Below, one piece after another: positions 58,010 to 62,744 of a DNA stretch of 62,744 bases. A program made the translations under genes and the position numbers. The stretch is from Candidatus Coprenecus sp. Its GTDB lineage: Bacteria; Bacteroidota; Bacteroidia; Bacteroidales; UBA932. The first letter of the stretch is position 1, and the number at the start of each line of letters is the position of its first letter. The notes below the pieces were generated by a model, which saw only the letters and a list, made by a program, of their open reading frames with translations, did not search any database and was not told the origin of the DNA. Where the stretch lies: positions 1 through 62,744 of the forward strand of contig JAZRHK010000136.1 of NCBI GenBank assembly GCA_045644725.1, given 5' to 3'.

Positions 58010-58750
58010 ATGGAAATTTGGCAAGTAATGACTGATACACAACTCCTCACAGGTATAATGCAGAATGATGACCGCGTGTGGCGGCATATCTGCAGGGAGA
58101 TGAAACCGGGATTTTCATCGATCCTCTCGCATACATACCCTTTTGCACATCTGACTGATGAGGATATTGAAGATATATTTCAGGATTCCTTGATTGTCCT
58201 GATGCAGAAGGTCAAGAATGGCTTGGTTACTGCACCCCGTCAAGGTGCCATTTTCAGTTATCTCGTCCAGACCGGTAAGCTGACAGCAAGTAATTTCATC
58301 AGAAAAAGGAAGAGCTTGAGTTCGGATGAGGAGGTTATAGTTTCCCGTAACCTACATAAAGAAGCTGGTGACGTGGAAGTTACTGCAGAAGTCAGACAGC
58401 GGACCCAGGATGAATTCCTTGACAGGGCCTATAATTCATTGCCTGACACCTGCAAGAAAATCTTCAGGCAATATTACTGGGAGGGCAGGCCGTTTGATGA
58501 AATTGCCGATAATATAGGATACTGCACTATTGACTCTGTAAAGACCAAAAAGAGTAAATGTATGAATCAGTTTAGAGAATTTGCAAAGAAACTCATTGCT
58601 GATGATGAGTTTGAGGAAGAGGTGGTGCGTGCTGCTGTCGAAAGGGCTGTCTTGAGAGAATTGATAGAAGAGGAGAGGGAGTATGCCAAAACAGATGTGA
58701 TGTTGGCTGCTCTGGATCTTGATGATAAATCTCATAAGGATAGCGAATAA
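58010..58750 (+). CDS. sigma-70 family (ECF-like) RNA polymerase sigma factor with acidic C-terminal extension
   Basis: ATG at 58010. Region 2-like DIEDIFQDSLIVLMQKV. Region 4 HTH LPDTCKKIFRQYYWEGRPFDEIADNIGYCTIDSVKTKKSKC. Followed by about 60 aa of extra acidic coil. Confidence 0.7.
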   Translation: MEIWQVMTDTQLLTGIMQNDDRVWRHICREMKPGFSSILSHTYPFAHLTDEDIEDIFQDSLIVLMQKVKNGLVTAPRQGAIFSYLVQTGKLTASNFIRKRKSLSSDEEVIVSRNLHKEAGDVEVTAEVRQRTQDEFLDRAYNSLPDTCKKIFRQYYWEGRPFDEIADNIGYCTIDSVKTKKSKCMNQFREFAKKLIADDEFEEEVVRAAVERAVLRELIEEEREYAKTDVMLAALDLDDKSHKDSE

Positions 58751-59466
58751 TGTCGGAGAAGCACAGGAAGTATTCTTATTGGGCCACTACATGCATCTAT
58801 GTTCTGCTGGCACTCCTTTTTTTCGGTGTGCTGCTCAAGTCATTTGGGTATGATGCGTTGGATATGTGGGTCAAATCACCAAGGCACGGGAGTATGAGAG
58901 GATTGGTGTGTGGCTTTGCCGCGTATGCCCTCTTTATGCCATCCCTTATTTTTCCTAAAATCCGCCACAACTTGAAATGGTTCATGCACTTTACCCATGA
59001 ATTGACCCATACATTGGCAGCAGTGCTCTTTTTCAGAAGGATTGAGGAGTTTGTTGTCTCCGGGAGGGACTGCCACGTCAGGTATGAAAAGAGTCCTGTA
59101 GGATATGTCCCGATAACACTCTCCCCTTATTGTGTTCCGTTATATACCTTTATGCTCTTCCCTTTCAGGTATTTCGGTGCTGCCGAATATATGTTTGCTT
59201 TTGATGTGATGATAGCATTTACCTATGCTTTCCACATCCACTCGTTTATAAGATATACCCGCTATACACAGTCTGATATCGAAGGTTGCGGCCTGGCCCG
59301 ATCTACAGCCTTCATATCATTCGTCCATTGTGCAGTTCTCGCCCTGATCCTCTCAATGCCAAAAGGTGGTATGAAGCTGGCGATAGGAAGGGTGTTTTGG
59401 GAATATCCGGTGCAGTTGGTTACCGATCCGGCTGCCTGGCTGCAAGATGTTGTGAAATTTTTCTGA
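58750..59466 (+). CDS. polytopic membrane protein with HExxH motif (M50B-like putative metallopeptidase)
   Basis: 238 aa. FTHELTHTLAAVLF lies in a TM segment. ATG overlaps the sigma-factor stop (TAATG). Confidence 0.45.
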   Translation: MSEKHRKYSYWATTCIYVLLALLFFGVLLKSFGYDALDMWVKSPRHGSMRGLVCGFAAYALFMPSLIFPKIRHNLKWFMHFTHELTHTLAAVLFFRRIEEFVVSGRDCHVRYEKSPVGYVPITLSPYCVPLYTFMLFPFRYFGAAEYMFAFDVMIAFTYAFHIHSFIRYTRYTQSDIEGCGLARSTAFISFVHCAVLALILSMPKGGMKLAIGRVFWEYPVQLVTDPAAWLQDVVKFF

Positions 59467-59540
59467 TTTTCCGGTTACCATTTCTCCGATGCTACATTAT
59501 AGAGTGAAAACAAATCAATAACACTCTAAATTCAAGCATT

Positions 59541-59930
59541 ATGAAGAAAATCTTTTTTGCAGCGATCATCTCGCTTATTACCGTTATCTGTGTTTCTGCA
59601 ACTGTTGCAAACACCCCTGAAGGCAATTTCTCGTCATCTGTCACAGCCACCATCGCCGGAGTTGATGAGGGGATCGATTTTGATACCAGGACTCTGGTGA
59701 CCATCTACAATCTTTTGCCCCAGAAGGTGAAAGATCTCTGCGTGGCAAGTTATAAGGATATTGCCCCCAGGATAGATGCCTCAGGCTCAAAGGGTTTCTC
59801 TTATGCAGGTGTCTCAATCCGTCTGATCAGCAATGATACCGGTGATGATCTCAAATTCAGTTGCGGCGGCCACTCTATCGTAGTGAAAAACTACAACCGT
59901 CCGGAGTTTGACACTATTTTCGGGATCTAA
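59541..59930 (+). CDS. hypothetical small secreted protein
   Basis: 129 aa with signal peptide MKKIFFAAIISLITVICVSA. Confidence 0.4.
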   Translation: MKKIFFAAIISLITVICVSATVANTPEGNFSSSVTATIAGVDEGIDFDTRTLVTIYNLLPQKVKDLCVASYKDIAPRIDASGSKGFSYAGVSIRLISNDTGDDLKFSCGGHSIVVKNYNRPEFDTIFGI

Positions 59931-59956
59931 GCCTTGCTCCTGATCTCTGTGCTAAT

Positions 59957-59996
59957 ATCTGTGCTGTTGCTCTCCTTTCGCAGCGACAGCACAGAT
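59957..59996 (+). terminator. 14-bp stem-loop after the secreted-protein gene (no clear U-tract)
   Basis: ATCTGTGCTGTTGC / GCGACAGCACAGAT (one G-U pair) with a 12-nt loop. Confidence 0.35.
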
Positions 59997-60024
59997 TCCA
60001 CCAAAAAGAATAAATGATTGCCAT

Positions 60025-60774
60025 ATGAAACTTAATGATATCAAGGAGTGGCTCATGAGAGTTACTGCCGACAAGAAAAGGCTTGTTTTGTGGATCATTC
60101 TGCTGATTATCTTCCCATATGCTGCAGGATTGTTCCTTATATGGCCAAGTAACCTGTTTAAAGAGAGGATGCCGAAGGGATGGAAGACCTTCTGCTGGGT
60201 TGTATATGCTCCAATTGGTCTTTATTCCATTGCACTGAAAGTGTTTGCAGTTGTGCTGTTTATTGGAATGTGTGCTGATCCTGGTGCAGGGAAGCCATAC
60301 ATTGTCAAAGAAAATATCTCTGCACCGGAGTATAGAACTGCAGAAGACTTCTACAAACTTACAGGAGTAGAGTTCCCTGAACTGGAAATGGTGGATTCCC
60401 TGTTCTATGATGAAGGATGTCTCAGGGCCTGTACCTGGCACGAATATAAGTTTGTCGCCAAGGACGGTCCTGATAAAGAGTTCTTCAATCGTCTGGATCT
60501 GGCCTGTCAGACAGATTCTACTCACTGGAATCTCAGTAGGGGAAGTTTGGCTGATTATTTTTATAGAGGAACAGACGAGCCAATTAAGGAAGACGAGTCC
60601 ATATATTCATATTTTATCTACCCCGATCAGACCCCTGTAGACCGCAGTCGTGGAATGTGCGACAGGATGGTGGAGAGTTCTGATGGGAAATTGACCCCTG
60701 ATTGGGATGGAGATTTTGTCTCTGTCGAGATCCAAAAAGATACGATCGTTCTGAGAGACGGGTGGTTAAGGTAG
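60025..60774 (+). CDS. hypothetical membrane-anchored protein
   Basis: 249 aa. Two N-terminal TM helices, then a soluble domain with several Cys and Trp. No recognised motif. Confidence 0.4.
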   Translation: MKLNDIKEWLMRVTADKKRLVLWIILLIIFPYAAGLFLIWPSNLFKERMPKGWKTFCWVVYAPIGLYSIALKVFAVVLFIGMCADPGAGKPYIVKENISAPEYRTAEDFYKLTGVEFPELEMVDSLFYDEGCLRACTWHEYKFVAKDGPDKEFFNRLDLACQTDSTHWNLSRGSLADYFYRGTDEPIKEDESIYSYFIYPDQTPVDRSRGMCDRMVESSDGKLTPDWDGDFVSVEIQKDTIVLRDGWLR

Positions 60775-60838
60775 GTTGCGAGTTATAAGTGGACTGATTT
60801 ATATAATGGTGACTGGATAGTGTAAAAAGAATGTAAAC

Positions 60839-60960
60839 TGGCATCGGCGTCGGGTGTGTCTTCGAACGGGGTAATGGATCAGCATCATTGATAATGTGAC
60901 TGGCCCTTTGGCAGCGACTCCGAGGAAGATGGTAATGATGAGGACTATCAGCCTTTTCAT
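60839..60960 (-). pseudogene. internally deleted, frameshifted remnant of a paralog of the 61898..62521 outer-membrane protein gene
   Basis: 60876-60960 matches the signal-peptide coding end (62437-62521; MKRLIVLIITIFLG...). 60842-60875 matches 61927-61959 near the 3' end of the intact gene. About 477 nt is missing and the junction is out of frame. Confidence 0.65.
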
Positions 60961-61112
60961 AAATGTGTATCAGTTTTTTTTATTTGAATTTGATGAGCTG
61001 TGACGTTTTTCGCGGTATGTATGTCACAGTCATCCCGCTTTTTGCCATTTAACCTCCATTTTAGCCACTACTGTGACATTTTTCTTTCAAAAAACTGCAC
61101 AGTGATACTTGG
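60961..61112 (-). repeat. conserved about 150-nt 5' leader, copy A (paralogous to 62522-62672)
   Basis: Near-identical by eye to copy B. Contains interlocking inverted repeats CTGTGAC (60998-61004), ATGTCACAGT (61021-61030), ACTGTGACAT (61070-61079) and CACAGTG (61098-61104). Confidence 0.7.
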
Positions 61113-61121
61113 TAAGCCGCA

Positions 61122-61198
61122 GGCATTCCCCCTGCGAGGATTTGGCCGCTGGCATTCCCCTTCGGGGATTTGGCCTCCGGCATTCCCCTTCGGGGATT
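61122..61198. repeat. tandem 28-29-nt hairpin repeat array A (about 2.7 units)
   Basis: GGCATTCCCCCTGCGAGGATTTGGCCGCT / GGCATTCCCCTTCGGGGATTTGGCCTCC / GGCATTCCCCTTCGGGGATT. Confidence 0.8.
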
Positions 61199-61259
61199 AC
61201 GTCGCTAAACTTTTGAGCATCAATAAACCTGTTGAGATTTTACATGTCCTTTTTTTATT

Positions 61260-61685
61260 TTATTCATTTGGTTTGATTATTATCTTCCACAGGACAAATA
61301 AACATACCATTACTGAAAGCAGAATAAATATAGCACATATTTCAAATAGGGTGGTCTGAAATCTTATGAAATTATATATGCCCACTGCCATCCATATCCA
61401 TAGATTTATGATTATTCCTTTTGTGATGTAAATCCATATTTTCCCTTTTCTAAACAAGGATATACAGCTTATTGTTCCGGCAAAAGTTAACAAAGCGAAG
61501 TTTGAGTATATCAGTATAGTGACCATTTTATGTGCTGTTTCCCCAAATCTATCCCATATTGGATACCTGTAAAGCCAATCATACGTCAATTCAAAAGTGG
61601 TACATGCAGCCAATATAGTCCCCAAGATTAGAAAAGACCATATTGCCACTTTATTGATTTTGCCTGATGTCATTGTAGCACTCAT
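61260..61685 (-). CDS. small four-TM membrane protein in an AT-rich segment
   Basis: ORF 61703 starts on TTG; the first ATG is at 61685, giving 141 aa with four hydrophobic helices. Composition is visibly more AT-rich than the flanks. Confidence 0.45.
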   Translation of the reverse strand: MSATMTSGKINKVAIWSFLILGTILAACTTFELTYDWLYRYPIWDRFGETAHKMVTILIYSNFALLTFAGTISCISLFRKGKIWIYITKGIIINLWIWMAVGIYNFIRFQTTLFEICAIFILLSVMVCLFVLWKIIIKPNE

Positions 61686-61803
61686 ATTTGTTAAATGGAG
61701 CAAAATGGAAACTTTGCTGATGCAGTAAAGTTACACATAAAATGCTTCATAATACAAAAACACTCCAGCGATAGGATCGGTGCAGCTCCATGCAATTCAA
61801 CAT

Positions 61804-61848
61804 CTGGGGATTGGGCCTCCGGCATTCCCCTATGGGGATTGGGCCGCT
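61804..61848. repeat. hairpin repeat array M (about 1.6 units)
   Basis: CTGGGGATTGGGCCTCC / GGCATTCCCCTATGGGGATTGGGCCGCT. Same unit family as arrays A and B. Confidence 0.75.
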
Positions 61849-61897
61849 GTGCTACAATCCACAACCTATAGAGTATTTTGGCCGTACCCTCCCCCTT

Positions 61898-62521
61898 TTA
61901 CAATCTCCACCTGAGGGTGATCATGGCATCGGCGTCGGGTGTGCCTTCGAAGGGGTAATCCAAGGTGCCAATAATGCCCAATGCGAGCTTATCAGTTATC
62001 TTTACGAAGAGTCTGGTCTGGGAGTAAAACTCTGCTGGGACATTTGTCAAATGGGTTTTCCACAGGTCGTTGAATGTCTCAATCTGGAAATGTTTCCATT
62101 CCCATCCCCCGACAATGGAGAGTTGTCCGCCAAATCCACCGCGTTGCCTCCACATGGCAAGGGGCTCAATTGCCAGATATCCGTGCTGACTATAGAAACA
62201 GTAGGCTCCGCCAAGATATGCGGTGCTCTCAAAAAATGAGAGTCCGGCTGCTGCTCTGTATTCAGCGTGGAGAAAAACGGGGAGATCCCACCATCTCTGT
62301 TCCCAAAAGAATTGTCCGTATGCCCCGAATGAATGGCCTCTCCAGTCACCCATTTCGATATATCCGTAACCGATATGATTTTCTCCGATACCTGTGGATT
62401 CAGATGCAATCACCCCATTGTCTCCAAATGGGGAATACATCAGCATCATCGATGATGTGACTTGCCCTTTGGCAGTGAGTCCGAGGAAGATGGTAATGAT
62501 GAGGACAATCAGCCTTTTCAT
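61898..62521 (-). CDS. putative outer-membrane beta-barrel protein (Tsx/DUF5020-like size and composition)
   Basis: 207 aa. Signal peptide MKRLIVLIITIFLGLTAKGQ. Aromatic/Gly-rich alternating strands. Family assignment is uncertain. Confidence 0.5.
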   Translation of the reverse strand: MKRLIVLIITIFLGLTAKGQVTSSMMLMYSPFGDNGVIASESTGIGENHIGYGYIEMGDWRGHSFGAYGQFFWEQRWWDLPVFLHAEYRAAAGLSFFESTAYLGGAYCFYSQHGYLAIEPLAMWRQRGGFGGQLSIVGGWEWKHFQIETFNDLWKTHLTNVPAEFYSQTRLFVKITDKLALGIIGTLDYPFEGTPDADAMITLRWRL

Positions 62522-62672
62522 AAATGTGTATCAGTTTTTTTATTTGAATTTGATGAGCTGTGACGTTTTTCGCGGTATTTATGTCACAGTCATCCCGCTT
62601 TTTGCCATTTAACCCCCATTTTAGCCACCACTGTGACATTCTTCTTTCAAAAAAGTGCACAGTGATACTTGG
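62522..62672 (-). repeat. conserved about 150-nt 5' leader, copy B (upstream of the intact OMP gene)
   Basis: Same sequence family and the same CTGTGAC / GTCACAG inverted-repeat set as 60961-61112. Confidence 0.7.
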
Positions 62673-62673
62673 T

Positions 62674-62744
62674 GGGCCTCCGGCATTCCCTTCGGGGATT
62701 GGGCCTCCGGCATTCCCTTAGGGGATTTGGCCTCCGGCATTCCC
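62674..62744. repeat. tandem 27-nt hairpin repeat array B (truncated by window end)
   Basis: GGGCCTCC / GGCATTCCCTTCGGGGATTGGGCCTCC / GGCATTCCCTTAGGGGATTTGGCCTCC / GGCATTCCC... Confidence 0.8.

Noticed and set aside
61021-61079. Invertible (phase-variable) promoter flanked by the 10-bp inverted repeat ATGTCACAGT...ACTGTGACAT.
   Set aside because: The enclosed segment is only 39 nt with no recognisable TAnnTTTG box. The repeats are shorter than typical Bacteroides invertase sites, and no recombinase gene is nearby. An RNA-structure or operator explanation is more plausible.
61000-61359. 119-aa plus-strand ORF translating the hairpin repeats (…RGFGRWHSPSGIWPPAFPFGDY…).
   Set aside because: The reading frame is a by-product of the GC-rich tandem repeats. 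It lacks a plausible start context and overlaps the convergent membrane-protein gene.
62400-62660. 86-aa minus-strand ORF running through the conserved OMP leader and into the OMP gene out of frame.
   Set aside because: The paralogous leader copy (60961-61112) has an in-frame TAG right after the equivalent ATG (ATGTCACAGTAG). The reading frame is therefore not conserved, and the ORF also overlaps the real gene out of frame.
61122-62744. Possible CRISPR arrays formed by the 27-29-nt repeats.
   Set aside because: Units are directly adjacent with no unique spacers, arrays have only 2-3 units, and no cas genes are nearby.

Overview
This 62.7-kb chromosomal window looks like a Bacteroidales (Bacteroidota) genome. 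It carries dense housekeeping genes (recF, pdxB, lysA, ffh, folD, trmD, yidC, dapF, lpxB, surE, gap, trkH, pgm, pssA, clpB, ferritin), TAnnTTTG-type -7 promoter boxes, many lipoproteins, and one type V (Mfa/FimA-like) pilus operon at 5889-13189 on the minus strand. I saw no rRNA, tRNA, CRISPR array, transposase or integrase. All family names come from motif recognition by eye; no database search was run. The ORF track uses alternative start codons, so several starts were moved to the first plausible ATG.

The most interesting region is a tightly packed four-gene cassette at 46146-49401. It encodes a P-loop HPr-kinase-like protein, a soluble S24/S26-type peptidase, a PqqD/RRE-like protein and an ABC exporter. 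It is followed by a 43-codon ORF with its own promoter (49471-49602) that is absent from the ORF track. Two more unlisted homologous small ORFs lie at 55073-55189 and 56979-57098 on the minus strand. All three share a motif resembling the lasso-type YxxPxL leader motif, followed by E(I/V)(I/V)(D/E)(L/M)..E.GF..S, and each sits directly upstream of a fimbrillin-like lipoprotein gene. I read this as a candidate uncharacterised RiPP-like or peptide-processing system, with no cyclase, radical SAM, YcaO or Lan enzyme in the window.

Other notable items are:
- a ClpB gene that natively lacks the N-terminal domain;
- three tandem secreted C1 (PepC-like) peptidase paralogs;
- a mosaic duplication of the 'small ORF + signal peptide' module;
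- three arrays of 27-29-nt hairpin tandem repeats flanking an AT-rich gene, next to a duplicated structured 5' leader and a deletion-derived pseudogene at the right end.
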